Source: Verrucomicrobiales bacterium
Lineage (GTDB): Bacteria > Verrucomicrobiota > Verrucomicrobiia > Limisphaerales > JAQGOY01
Assembly: GCA_028293375.1 (NCBI GenBank)
Contig: JAQGOY010000244.1
Coordinates: 3,927 to 67,926 of the forward strand
Direction: 5' to 3'
DNA: 64,000 nucleotides
Part shown: in pieces, positions 1-8,511 of the stretch
How positions within the stretch are numbered: the first letter of the stretch is position 1
How the letters are laid out: each line of letters starts with the position of its first letter
Program-made: the position numbers and the translations under genes
Notes under the pieces: generated by a model
Database searches by the model: none
Told to the model about the DNA's origin: nothing
What the model saw: the letters and a program-made list of their open reading frames with translations, nothing else

Positions 1-659
1 ACCTTCCGCACATTCAACATCAGGATGCCAATGGTAAAAATAAGAAAGCCATTCACCGCCCCGACAGAATCAAGGAGCGCATGGTTGTGAAGCCATGGCT
101 CCATCTGATGCGCTGATAAAGCCAGCATGCCTTCCACCAGAAACACCGGGACCATGGTTAGAATCACTGGCCACCCGAAAAGAAAAACAAAACCGAGACA
201 GGCTAGGCCATCAATCACTCCTTTCACCACCAGAGGCTCATAATAATTGGTTAATCCAGACTGGATCGCCCCGGCCCATCCAAGGGGGTTCACACAAAAA
301 AGAGCTGTGCAAATATGAAAACCCCTTTTCCGCATCGAACTCTTGGGGTCCACTGCCAGAGCCTGCATGGCCTCGCGCGCCTCGGCTCCTATTTTTTTGC
401 CGGGGGCATGCAAACGCATCATCCTGCCGCAAAGGTTTCCCAGAGACATGGCAATTAGCAATATACTCAATTGCTTTGCAGTCTGCCAAAAAGAACCATT
501 GATGCTGACCCATACCAGTTTAAGTCCAAAATAAATGGTAAACAGCCCGATCAGGGCTTTTAGCCTGGTCTGCGCGGACATTGAGAATTGCCGGGGTCCA
601 ACAATGGCAAAAGCACTGCCAATGAAGATGCCTAAAGTGTTCAGGTAAACTCCCAACAT
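1..659 (-). CDS. DUF554-family integral membrane protein (3' end runs off the window; absent from the supplied ORF track)
   Basis: Hand translation of the minus strand from ATG (659-657) is stop-free down to position 1: MLGVYLNTLGIFIGSAFAIV...FCVNPLGWAGAIQSGLTNYYEPLVVKGVIDGLACLGFVFLFGWPVILTMVPVFLVEG...GFLIFTIGILMLNVRK. The multi-TM pattern and motifs are recalled from DUF554/YdfK-like proteins. Confidence 0.65.
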   Translation of the reverse strand, partial: MLGVYLNTLGIFIGSAFAIVGPRQFSMSAQTRLKALIGLFTIYFGLKLVWVSINGSFWQTAKQLSILLIAMSLGNLCGRMMRLHAPGKKIGAEAREAMQALAVDPKSSMRKRGFHICTALFCVNPLGWAGAIQSGLTNYYEPLVVKGVIDGLACLGFVFLFGWPVILTMVPVFLVEGMLALSAHQMEPWLHNHALLDSVGAVNGFLIFTIGILMLNVRK

Positions 660-708
660 CAGGCGATGTTAAGAGTTTCCCCTCTCTAACGCAACCGTCG
701 CCAACCAG

Positions 709-1494
709 TTATTCCGATCGCTCCTTTTCCAGTCCCCATCTTTTGCGAATCTTTAATTCCACCACTCCGAATACAAATTGGTCTAAAAGCAAACCAAACA
801 GGATCGTCACCACCATGATCGCAATCACTTGCGGCGAATCGTTCAGTTCCCTTCCCATATAGAGAAGATATCCCAATCCAACACTGGACTTGATTAATTC
901 CGCTGAAACCGCCCCATGCCATCCCAGCGTCCACCCGAGCTTCACCCCGGTTATAATCTGTGGTAACGCAGCTGGCAGTACGATTCGGTATGGCATTGCG
1001 TAGGCCGGCGTTCCCAATGTGCGCGCCGCTCGAATGTAAATTGGCGGAATTTGAAGAATCCCATCCGCTGTGGCAATAGCCACCGACGGCATCGCGCTCA
1101 TAATAATTACAAAATAAATCCCCTTGTCGCTAAGCCCAAAAATCAGGAGCGAAATGGGAACCCATGCCGCCGTCGGAAGCGTTTGCAGCCCCAGAAACAG
1201 TGACTTCGCGCATTTGTGCGCGATATGGCTGACCCCCATCAACAAGCCGATGGCAAGACCGATCGAAAGAGCAATGGAATATCCGGCGCCCATGCGGTAC
1301 AGAGTTGCTTTCAGGCTTGGCCAAAGCAGGCCCTCTCGCGCAATTTCATACAGCCTTACCGCCACCTGTGCAGGGGACGGAAAAATGTAATCGGGAATTT
1401 TACCGAAAGAGAAAAACAGTTGCCATCCTCCAATGAGGACCAGGTAAAACAGGGCCACATATAACTTATCCAGGATGGGCGCTTTCTGTTTCAT
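709..1494 (-). CDS. ABC transporter permease, NitT/TauT (sulfonate/nitrate/taurine) type
   Basis: 261-aa hydrophobic protein with the binding-protein-dependent permease signature region (AARTLGTPAYAMPYRIVLPAALP). Its ATG overlaps the stop of the upstream ATPase (ATGA). Confidence 0.85.
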   Translation of the reverse strand: MKQKAPILDKLYVALFYLVLIGGWQLFFSFGKIPDYIFPSPAQVAVRLYEIAREGLLWPSLKATLYRMGAGYSIALSIGLAIGLLMGVSHIAHKCAKSLFLGLQTLPTAAWVPISLLIFGLSDKGIYFVIIMSAMPSVAIATADGILQIPPIYIRAARTLGTPAYAMPYRIVLPAALPQIITGVKLGWTLGWHGAVSAELIKSSVGLGYLLYMGRELNDSPQVIAIMVVTILFGLLLDQFVFGVVELKIRKRWGLEKERSE

Positions 1495-2279
1495 TTTTCG
1501 TGTTGCAGTTCAGCCATAATCGATTCTGAAATGCGCCCCACTTCCGGGTCGTTAAAATCCCGGGGCCTCGGCAAATTTACCGCTATTTCCTTAATGATGC
1601 GTCCAGGACGCCCACTGAAAATGACCACCCGGTCCCCTAGACACGCCGCCTCCCGAGTATCGTGCGTCACTGAAACAATCGTTTTCCCTGTGCGAGTAAA
1701 AAGTTCCTGGAGATCCCCATACAACTTTTGCCGTGTCAAGGCATCCAGCGCGGGAAACGGCTCGTCCACCAGCAAAATTTTGGGGTCTGGGGCGAGGGCT
1801 CGCGCCAATGCAACACGTTGTTTCATCCCGCCTGACAATTGATGCACGGAGGCTTTTTCGAATTGTTCCAGATGCACCATCGACAGCAACTCACGCGCAC
1901 GCTGCTTCCGTTTTTTCCAGTTGAACCGAAACTTCCAGCGCAACCCATAGGAAATGTTATCGATCACGTTCATCCAGGGAAACAAGGCGTGTTCCTGGAA
2001 CATCATCAACCGGTCGTTGTGCGGTTTGGTGACTTGCTTGCCGTCCAACAGGATCGTCCCTTCGCTGGGGCGCTCAAATCCCGCTATCATGTTCAGCAAT
2101 GTCGATTTACCGCAACCCGACGGGCCGACAAAAATCACGAACTCACCTGGGTTAATGGTGAGATTTATTTTTGCCAGGGCGCTGACCTCCTGATCATCCG
2201 ATTCAAATTGTTTGGAAACATTTTGAATCGACAATGTTCCAGGTTTGGTAAATGTCGCCGTTGTTTCGATTTGGCTCAT
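1491..2279 (-). CDS. ABC transporter ATP-binding protein, NitT/TauT type
   Basis: Walker A GPSGCGKST, ABC signature LSGGMKQRVALARAL, Walker B LLVDEP, and the H-loop THD. Translationally coupled to both neighbours. Confidence 0.9.
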   Translation of the reverse strand: MSQIETTATFTKPGTLSIQNVSKQFESDDQEVSALAKINLTINPGEFVIFVGPSGCGKSTLLNMIAGFERPSEGTILLDGKQVTKPHNDRLMMFQEHALFPWMNVIDNISYGLRWKFRFNWKKRKQRARELLSMVHLEQFEKASVHQLSGGMKQRVALARALAPDPKILLVDEPFPALDALTRQKLYGDLQELFTRTGKTIVSVTHDTREAACLGDRVVIFSGRPGRIIKEIAVNLPRPRDFNDPEVGRISESIMAELQHEK

Positions 2280-3304
2280 TTTTTCTCCAGGGAAGGCAGG
2301 CTCATTTGCTGCAATACTTCGTTCAACGCTTCCAGGGCATAGATGCCGTCGATTTCTGGCTGCTTTCTAAGGAAACCGACTTTGTGCGCGGCCTCCGCGC
2401 TTTTCTTTAACGTCTCCGGGTAAGGATCCCATGTGAACTCCACTCTCGCCATCGACTTGGTGATAACCTCTTTTGAAAGCTCTTTGCCCGTCTCCTTTTT
2501 CAATTGATCATTCAAGACAATCGCCGCCGCAGGCTTGTCATCATTGATCTTACGCGTGATTTGCACATGCGTTCGCAGCAAATTCCGGATTAACTCCGGG
2601 TGATCGGCCAAAAAGGCCTTCCTAACCACCAGTTGTGTGGTGACATAATGTCCTTCAGGCCACAGGTCCTTTTCTTCCAAAAACACTCGAGCCCCCAATT
2701 GCACCTCCAGTCGCGAAACCCATGGCTCGATCGTCCATGCCCCATCGATTTGTTTTTTCTTCATGGTCGTCAACTGGTCGGCATTCGACAGCGCGATCAA
2801 ATTCAAATTCCCTCCTTTTTCCGTCAATTTATAATGGTGCTCGGAGAACCATTCCCTGGCGGCTATGTCCTGCGTATTTCCAAGTTGGGGCGTGGCTATC
2901 GTCATTCCTCCAAAGTCCTTTTCTGAATGGATGGCCGCATCACCCCGGATGACCAGTGCCGCTCCACCGCTCGCCGCGCCCGCAATAATCACAAACTTTT
3001 CTCCCCTCGACCGGACGTATCCATTAATCGTCGGACTTGGCCCTATGAAGGTGAGGTCGATGGCATCGGTGAACAATGCTTCCACCGCAGTGGGGCCTGC
3101 ATTGAAACTGGTCCACTTGATTTGCATTTTTGTGGCATTTTCAAAAGAGCGTTTGTTCTTGGCGTAAAGTGCCTGCGCATGGGTGATATTCGGAAAAAAT
3201 CCCATTCGAATTTCGGTAAATGGCGCTGCGCTCGATGCCGGGTTGATCCAGGCAAAAAGAATAATCATTAGCGCAACAATCCTAGTTTTAACTCGGCAAC
3301 CCAT
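2276..3304 (-). CDS. ABC transporter periplasmic substrate-binding protein (NMT1/SsuA/NrtA-like)
   Basis: Start moved to the ATG at 3304 (MGCRVKTRIVALMIILFAWINPASSAAP, a signal peptide). The track ORF extends to 3499 only by running antisense across the tRNA. First gene of the three-gene importer operon. Confidence 0.8.
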   Translation of the reverse strand: MGCRVKTRIVALMIILFAWINPASSAAPFTEIRMGFFPNITHAQALYAKNKRSFENATKMQIKWTSFNAGPTAVEALFTDAIDLTFIGPSPTINGYVRSRGEKFVIIAGAASGGAALVIRGDAAIHSEKDFGGMTIATPQLGNTQDIAAREWFSEHHYKLTEKGGNLNLIALSNADQLTTMKKKQIDGAWTIEPWVSRLEVQLGARVFLEEKDLWPEGHYVTTQLVVRKAFLADHPELIRNLLRTHVQITRKINDDKPAAAIVLNDQLKKETGKELSKEVITKSMARVEFTWDPYPETLKKSAEAAHKVGFLRKQPEIDGIYALEALNEVLQQMSLPSLEKK

Positions 3305-3456
3305 ACGACAACGAACCCTGCCTACAGAATATGTCCATATGGAACGGTGGGAATAGGGGCTTCGCCTAAAGAAGGAGGGGGAACCGTGAACCTTGGGGAC
3401 GAAATTCGCAAAGTCGTTGCCAAAACGAACAGAAACAGGCAAACCTATGGTTGGTT

Positions 3457-3533
3457 CGGGACGTAGCGTAGCCTGGTAGCGCGCGTGGTTCGGGTCCACG
3501 AGGTCGTGAGTTCAATTCTCACCGTCCCGACCA
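3457..3533 (+). tRNA. tRNA-Pro (anticodon CGG), CCA encoded
   Basis: Folded by hand into a 77-nt cloverleaf: acceptor CGGGACG/CGTCCCG, D stem GCGT/GCGC, anticodon stem CGTGG/CCACG with loop TTCGGGT, T arm GTGAG-TTCAATT-CTCAC, discriminator A, then CCA. Confidence 0.9.
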
Positions 3534-3536
3534 CTT
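3524..3536 (+). repeat. Left copy of a 13-bp direct repeat GTCCCGACCACTT (tRNA-Pro 3' end; att-like)
   Basis: Identical 13-mer recurs at 4409-4421. Confidence 0.7.
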
Positions 3537-3642
3537 TTTCTGATGCCTCAGATTCAGTTTTAAAATCGTAAAACGGAAACCGGTATTGGTGGAATGGCTT
3601 GCTCCATCCAAGAATGAGCTTAAGATGATCTAAAGTGGTGAT

Positions 3643-3807
3643 ATGACGACGATCAAACACGACAAATGCAAGAACATCAAACAAGAGGTTCAACAAATCC
3701 GTAAAGCCGCGCAAAAAGTTGCGGCTTCGAAGCAGTCGGCCCGTCGCTTTTTGATTTCTACAGGCGTTTACTCAGCATCTGGACAACTGAAGCCTGCCTT
3801 CCGCTAA
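3643..3807 (+). CDS. Small 54-aa protein, candidate antitoxin/partner of the downstream ORF (below the ORF-track length cut-off)
   Basis: Hand-translated: MTTIKHDKCKNIKQEVQQIRKAAQKVAASKQSARRFLISTGVYSASGQLKPAFR. An in-frame stop lies just upstream (3631-3633). Its TAA (3805-3807) overlaps the ATG (3807-3809) of the next ORF. Confidence 0.45.
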   Translation: MTTIKHDKCKNIKQEVQQIRKAAQKVAASKQSARRFLISTGVYSASGQLKPAFR

Positions 3808-4382
3808 TGGTTTCCCGCTCCCTTGTCTTGGGCTATCATGGCTGTGACGAATCTACAGCGTTTAAAGTTGTTAACGGACACGAAGATCTAATTCCAAGCA
3901 AAAATGAATATGACTGGCTGGGTAGCGGTTTGTATTTTTGGGAGGACAGCAGCTCCCGTGCGCTAAAATGGGCTCAAGACGAGTCCAGAAAGCCGAATGG
4001 AAAGCTTAAAACGCCTGCGGTGCTCGGGGCAATTATCGATTTAGGAAACTGCCTAAACCTGATCGATGCGGACCATTTGGACTTTGTAAAGGCTGCCCAC
4101 CAGGCATATTTGGATTTCTGTCGAATTTCGGAGCTCCAACCCGCCCAGAACAAAGGAAAGGATTTGCGGGCTCGTTTTCTAGATAAGGCGGTTTTCGAAA
4201 CGCTTCACAAATTGCGCCAAGACGAAGGAGAAACGGCTTTTGAAACTGTTCGTGCTTTTTTTGTTGAAGGAGAGCCTCTCTACGAAAAATCCGGGTTGCA
4301 TTCATTAGATCACGTTCAGATCTGCGTTCGCAATTCCAACAATATAGTTGGCTACTTTCTACCGCGCCTTAAAGTCGATTAA
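3807..4382 (+). CDS. DUF3990-like protein with an H-Y-E ADP-ribosyltransferase-like motif layout (function unknown; candidate toxin)
   Basis: 191-aa ORF. N-terminal LGYHGC (H11), then DWLGSGLYFWED (Y43), SRALKWAQ, and C-terminal HVQICVRNSNNIVGYF. This layout is recalled from the uncharacterised DUF3990 family. Located in the tRNA-adjacent islet. Confidence 0.55.
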   Translation: MVSRSLVLGYHGCDESTAFKVVNGHEDLIPSKNEYDWLGSGLYFWEDSSSRALKWAQDESRKPNGKLKTPAVLGAIIDLGNCLNLIDADHLDFVKAAHQAYLDFCRISELQPAQNKGKDLRARFLDKAVFETLHKLRQDEGETAFETVRAFFVEGEPLYEKSGLHSLDHVQICVRNSNNIVGYFLPRLKVD

Positions 4383-4408
4383 ACTTAGATAGCAGTTCAG
4401 GCGTCCCT

Positions 4409-4421
4409 GTCCCGACCACTT
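4409..4421 (+). repeat. Right copy of the 13-bp direct repeat GTCCCGACCACTT (att-like)
   Basis: Exact copy of tRNA-Pro positions 3524-3536. Lies in the 45-bp gap between convergent stop codons at 4382 and 4428. Confidence 0.7.
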
Positions 4422-4427
4422 CATTTC

Positions 4428-6689
4428 TCAATCGACGTTGATCGTGTTGTAGATTTCCTGACTAATATCGGTTTGGTCTGCTGCTTTCATTTGATATTTA
4501 ATCTTCATCTGCATCACCGGCTGCAACTTTTCCATCGTCAGGACCACCGTTTTGCCATCTTCCTTCAGCTGAACCGACTTGACTTCCAGTTTATCGGTCC
4601 CCTTTTTAGCCGGGTTCTCCACGGAATAATTGTCTGAACCGTAAGTGCTGGTCCAATGATAGTTCCATTGCTCTACCGCATAATTCCCCGCATCCTGCGC
4701 CTGCGTTTTATCCAGGGAATCGGAGAAAACGATTGTGATGGCATTGCCTTTCACGTGAAGTTCTATCGGCATATACGTCGGTTTACCTGTATAACGAACA
4801 CGTTGCAACGCGCCATCGCGCACCGCGCTGGTTTGCCAGCCTTTCATTCCGCAGACATATAGCTGCCCATCAGCCGAACTGAATCGGCCTCTCATCATGC
4901 CGCTGCCAAATTTTAACGGAAATTGGACAACCCCTCCCTGTGCCACCCCTCCTGCAATCTCAGGCATCACAGCGAACAACGTGCCTTTCCCATACGAAAG
5001 ATGAAGCATATGATTTTTCAATGGCCCCCATTTATTTCCAGTCACCCACACCTGGCTGCCACTCGAATTGTCCGCGTTCATCGGTATCCAGCAGAGGGGC
5101 GGGTCATAAGTAGTCGGTGTTTTTCTGATCAACGGATGCGAGAGGTTTGTCTGCCTGGGGTCGCCACCGTAGCCATAGAATCCGCCTTGTTTGATCCAAT
5201 TGATGCGGCAAGCTGGCGTCCAGTGGCCCTGATTATCTGCGGTTGTAATCTGATCTTCCGGCCCTATCCCCATTCCATTCGCCGCCCTCATGCCGGTCGC
5301 GAAAATATTCGCATATTTGCCGTCCGCAGAAACCTGCACAAGTGAACCATGATATGGCAGATCCGGGTCCACCATGTTCCCATCGGTCACGAAATAGAAA
5401 TTCGTTTTACTGTCGGTTTGTAAGTCAAAGGAATAAGCGTGGTAGGTGGGATACACATCCACGTGACTATTGAAGGATTCATAATAATCTGCTTCGCCGT
5501 CATTGTTTACATCAACCAATTTCGTGATTCGATCCTTTCCCAGCACGTAAATCTGGTCGTTGACAATTTTCAGCCCCAAAGTTTCGTAGAGTCCGGTGGC
5601 GAATCTTTTCCAGCTCAACATTCGTAGTGATCGGTCGATCCCGGAAACAACCCAGACTTCTCCGCTCATGGTTGATATCGCCGCACTCCCATCCTTAAAG
5701 AAATCCACCGCCGTCAGCCTCATCCACGAATCAAATGGATTGCTTTCAGGAATGGTCAAGGTATCGACCTGGAATGCCCCGGGCTCGGTCCCGAGTTTTC
5801 CGCGGGTGGAAACGGTAGTCCACCGGGCAGCCCCCCCCTTAGTCATTTCCAGTGGATCTTCAAAGCCCAACTCAGCTTCGGACGGTTTATCGCTTTCACC
5901 GATTGAAACTCGAAAGATACTTTCTTCGCTTTTTTCAAGATGAAGGATCACTTTGCCTTCCTGTTGAAGCAGTAGTCCCTGCCCTTTCTTGAATGCCACG
6001 TGCAACAGGTTAACTGCTCCCGCGTTATCTGTGACCCGTGCTGTGTTCCCAATCAAATCCACTTTCGCGCCGGAAATCAGATTGATATTGATCGGCTCAG
6101 AAATTCTAACCACATGAAAATCGCGAAAAAATGTCGAGTCAGGACTCATCGAAGCGGTTTCAACCACCCTGCTTTTCCCCACTCGCCACTGGATGGCCGT
6201 TCGCTCCTCGAAGCGGTACATTCCTTCGTAATGAAATGTCTCCGAGGTATTCGCATCAAACGGCTCGAAACTCGTCGAAGAAAAGGAACACCCGGCCTGA
6301 GGAGGTATAAGAAAGATTTTATTGGTACCAGCCCATGCAGGACCGCTTCCTTGTGGCGACTTCATGATGCTGGTGCTCGAAATATTAATAAAATTTCCTT
6401 TCCACGCTGCTCGATAAATCAAACGTTCGGTATCGAAACAAGCCCCACCGTTAGTTCCCAGCTTAACCGCCAATCCCTTAAGAACATAATTTGTATTAGG
6501 TCCCGATAGCGCTTTGTTCGACCTTCCAAGATTGACCGTAAAAAATTGAAACCCTCCGGATACCGGAGCCTGTCTGGTCTCCGATGCTCTAACTACAGCG
6601 TTGGTAACGCTTTGGCCCTGCGCAGCCCCCACCCCTGTCAAGAAAGCGAGGAAGGAAATCAGAAAGCGTCGAAAGAATAGGTCGGCCAT
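4428..6689 (-). CDS. Secreted beta-propeller protein, PVC-type 'membrane-bound dehydrogenase domain'-like
   Basis: 753 aa with signal peptide MADLFFRRFLISFLAFLTGVGAAQG. The central region (DVNNDGEADYYESF...ADNQGHWTPACRINWIKQGGFYGYG) resembles the propeller segment of the 1415-aa protein at 49950-54197. Confidence 0.7.
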   Translation of the reverse strand: MADLFFRRFLISFLAFLTGVGAAQGQSVTNAVVRASETRQAPVSGGFQFFTVNLGRSNKALSGPNTNYVLKGLAVKLGTNGGACFDTERLIYRAAWKGNFINISSTSIMKSPQGSGPAWAGTNKIFLIPPQAGCSFSSTSFEPFDANTSETFHYEGMYRFEERTAIQWRVGKSRVVETASMSPDSTFFRDFHVVRISEPININLISGAKVDLIGNTARVTDNAGAVNLLHVAFKKGQGLLLQQEGKVILHLEKSEESIFRVSIGESDKPSEAELGFEDPLEMTKGGAARWTTVSTRGKLGTEPGAFQVDTLTIPESNPFDSWMRLTAVDFFKDGSAAISTMSGEVWVVSGIDRSLRMLSWKRFATGLYETLGLKIVNDQIYVLGKDRITKLVDVNNDGEADYYESFNSHVDVYPTYHAYSFDLQTDSKTNFYFVTDGNMVDPDLPYHGSLVQVSADGKYANIFATGMRAANGMGIGPEDQITTADNQGHWTPACRINWIKQGGFYGYGGDPRQTNLSHPLIRKTPTTYDPPLCWIPMNADNSSGSQVWVTGNKWGPLKNHMLHLSYGKGTLFAVMPEIAGGVAQGGVVQFPLKFGSGMMRGRFSSADGQLYVCGMKGWQTSAVRDGALQRVRYTGKPTYMPIELHVKGNAITIVFSDSLDKTQAQDAGNYAVEQWNYHWTSTYGSDNYSVENPAKKGTDKLEVKSVQLKEDGKTVVLTMEKLQPVMQMKIKYQMKAADQTDISQEIYNTINVD

Positions 6690-6783
6690 AGATCAAGATA
6701 TGAGAATCGTGAAAACTCTGTCTTGAAAAGCCTCAAAAGCAAGCGAAAACCCCAGATGTAAACGTTTAAACCGGTCGCTTGGG

Positions 6784-7020
6784 TTACTCTTCCCCATCGT
6801 TCCCAATGGAGTCAGAGGGACAGCCTATCCTGTCCTCTTCGGCGGCTCGACACTCCTCTGAAGTTACTGGTTGTCGAAATACCGCCGTTTGACCCAGTTC
6901 CTCATCCCTTCGGAAAACATCAGGCGATGAAGTTCTGCACATATCGCAGTCGATACACGTCGAGTCTATGTAATATTTACCGGGGACATTTGATTTTAGT
7001 CTTAGATGGAGTTCTGCCAT
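6784..7020 (-). CDS. Small single-cluster [3Fe/4Fe-4S] ferredoxin
   Basis: Start set at the ATG at 7020 (MAELHLRLKSNVPGKYYIDSTCIDCDMCRTSSPDVF...CPSDSI). Carries the CxxCxxC...CP cluster motif. The track's longer N-terminus overlaps the divergent lysR start. Confidence 0.75.
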   Translation of the reverse strand: MAELHLRLKSNVPGKYYIDSTCIDCDMCRTSSPDVFRRDEELGQTAVFRQPVTSEECRAAEEDRIGCPSDSIGNDGEE

Positions 7021-7076
7021 GGCCCAAGAATAGATCGTTTTGTTCTTTGACCAAAATTCATTAGTTGCATACATTA

Positions 7077-8042
7077 ATGCATAAAATGCATCAGTATTTG
7101 AACACGTTGCCTTTCGATTTATACGAGCTGGCTCTTTTTCATCTGGTCGCAAAAAAGGGAAGTTTTACTCATGCCGCAACAGAAGCAGGTTTGACCCAGA
7201 GCGCGATCACCCGCCAAATCCAATCCATGGAGCAAAGCCTCGGGCTGCCTTTGTTTCAGAGAACCACCCGAAAGGTTAAGCTCACGCCAGCCGGAGAGTT
7301 TCTTTATCAAGACTCTGGAAGACTCATCGGCGATGTGGAACGAGTGTTGCGAAATCTCCGGGAAAATTTTGTAGATGCTCCCAAACAGATCAGGCTTGGG
7401 CTATCAAGAACGATTGGTCTTGCCTATCTGCCCGGCTTTCTTCATGCAAACCTGCGACGCTCCCCTGCCGTCACGGTTCAAGTTTCTTGTCAGGCGAGTC
7501 ACGAAATTCTATCTGGTTTGGAATCCGACGCCCTGGATATAGGCATTCTCAGCGCTTCTCATTCATTGCCAAAAACGTTGCGTGTCACTCACCAGTTCGA
7601 AGACGCTTTCACCCTGATTGCTTCCTCTATAAAGGCTGAAGAAGCTCTGGCCATAAAAAGTAAAGGTCAGCTTGTTCTCTGGCTGCGAAAACAAGAATGG
7701 CTCGCTCTTGATCCATCCACCGAAACCGGAGGCAGGTTGGTGACGTGGATGAAGAAAAAACAAATTCAAGTTTCGCCAATGATGGAACTGGATAATTACG
7801 ATTGGCTTATCAACCTCGTCTCCCTCGGCATGGGAATGAGTTTCGTCCCCATTCGCGCGCTGGCGCTTTATAATCAAAAAAAATCTATTCGCCGCATCCC
7901 TCTTCCCTTTCGCTTCAGCAGAGATTTGACAGTCGTGATGCGGAAAAATCGGAGCATGCCTGCTCATCTCAGCCATTTTGTTTCCAACATTCTGTTCAGG
8001 CCAAAAAAGATGCCTGCGAAGCAGGCTGCAAAACGTGGATAA
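7077..8042 (+). CDS. LysR-family transcriptional regulator
   Basis: N-terminal wHTH (LALFHLVAKKGSFTHAATEAGLTQSAITRQIQSMEQSLGLPLFQRTTRKVKLTPAG) plus a substrate-binding domain. The start is ambiguous (TTG 7065, ATG 7077 or ATG 7086). Divergent from the ferredoxin gene. Confidence 0.9.
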   Translation: MHKMHQYLNTLPFDLYELALFHLVAKKGSFTHAATEAGLTQSAITRQIQSMEQSLGLPLFQRTTRKVKLTPAGEFLYQDSGRLIGDVERVLRNLRENFVDAPKQIRLGLSRTIGLAYLPGFLHANLRRSPAVTVQVSCQASHEILSGLESDALDIGILSASHSLPKTLRVTHQFEDAFTLIASSIKAEEALAIKSKGQLVLWLRKQEWLALDPSTETGGRLVTWMKKKQIQVSPMMELDNYDWLINLVSLGMGMSFVPIRALALYNQKKSIRRIPLPFRFSRDLTVVMRKNRSMPAHLSHFVSNILFRPKKMPAKQAAKRG

Positions 8043-8083
8043 GTTCGGTCGCGGAGTGGAAAGCAGAAAAACTTCGGGCGTTT

Positions 8084-8494
8084 CTATTTCTTTTTTGAAG
8101 AACCAAAAAGCGAACCCAGGGCGGACTGCCCTTCCAACTGGCGCTGCTGCACTTTGAGCTGGCCCAGGATGGATTGCCACCCAATGAAAATTTTGTGCCA
8201 CTGATTCTCCACGCCACGCAAAGCTCCCTCGTTCATTTCACTCAAGTATCGAATTGAAGGGGCGCCAGAAATGAGGGCGACGACGTCTTCTTTAGTTGGG
8301 GAAGCACACTCGACCGAAGAGAGAATCAGCTCCAATTCCTGCACCAGCACACTCTTGATCTCAAGAAACTGGGTTTCATCTTCTCCTCCAAATTTTTTTC
8401 CGCGCGCGAGATTGACGAAGTAATTGAATTGTTTCCAACACTCCAGGTAATTTTCCAACTGCATGATGAGCTGATCCAGTTTCTTATTGCGCAT
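8084..8494 (-). CDS. Hypothetical coiled-coil-like protein, last gene of the REC-PATAN operon
   Basis: 136-aa ORF lying 17 nt downstream of the previous gene on the same strand. I recognise no family. Confidence 0.55.
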   Translation of the reverse strand: MRNKKLDQLIMQLENYLECWKQFNYFVNLARGKKFGGEDETQFLEIKSVLVQELELILSSVECASPTKEDVVALISGAPSIRYLSEMNEGALRGVENQWHKIFIGWQSILGQLKVQQRQLEGQSALGSLFGSSKKK

Positions 8495-8511
8495 AGAATT
8501 ACCCAGCCGTT

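Noticed and set aside
95-534. Plus- and minus-strand track ORFs 95..502, 238..513 and 343..534
   Set aside because: They are shadow frames of the stop-free minus-strand DUF554-like gene (1..659). Their products are low-complexity and Pro/Arg-rich.
3305-3499. N-terminal 65 codons of track ORF 2276..3499 (and the 89-aa ORF 3445..3714) overlapping the tRNA region
   Set aside because: They run antisense through tRNA-Pro. The substrate-binding protein has a proper signal peptide starting at the internal ATG at 3304, so the extension and the 89-aa ORF are artefacts.
7066-7091. TGCAT/ATGCAT triple repeat (TTGCATacattaATGCATaaaATGCAT) as a possible LysR operator
   Set aside because: It coincides with the alternative start codons of the lysR gene itself, and I cannot distinguish an operator from coding sequence. 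No clear T-N11-A dyad was found in the true intergenic part (7021-7064).
6784-7152. Full 122-aa version of the ferredoxin ORF
   Set aside because: The extra 44 N-terminal codons overlap the divergent lysR start region. The ferredoxin domain begins right after the internal ATG at 7020.
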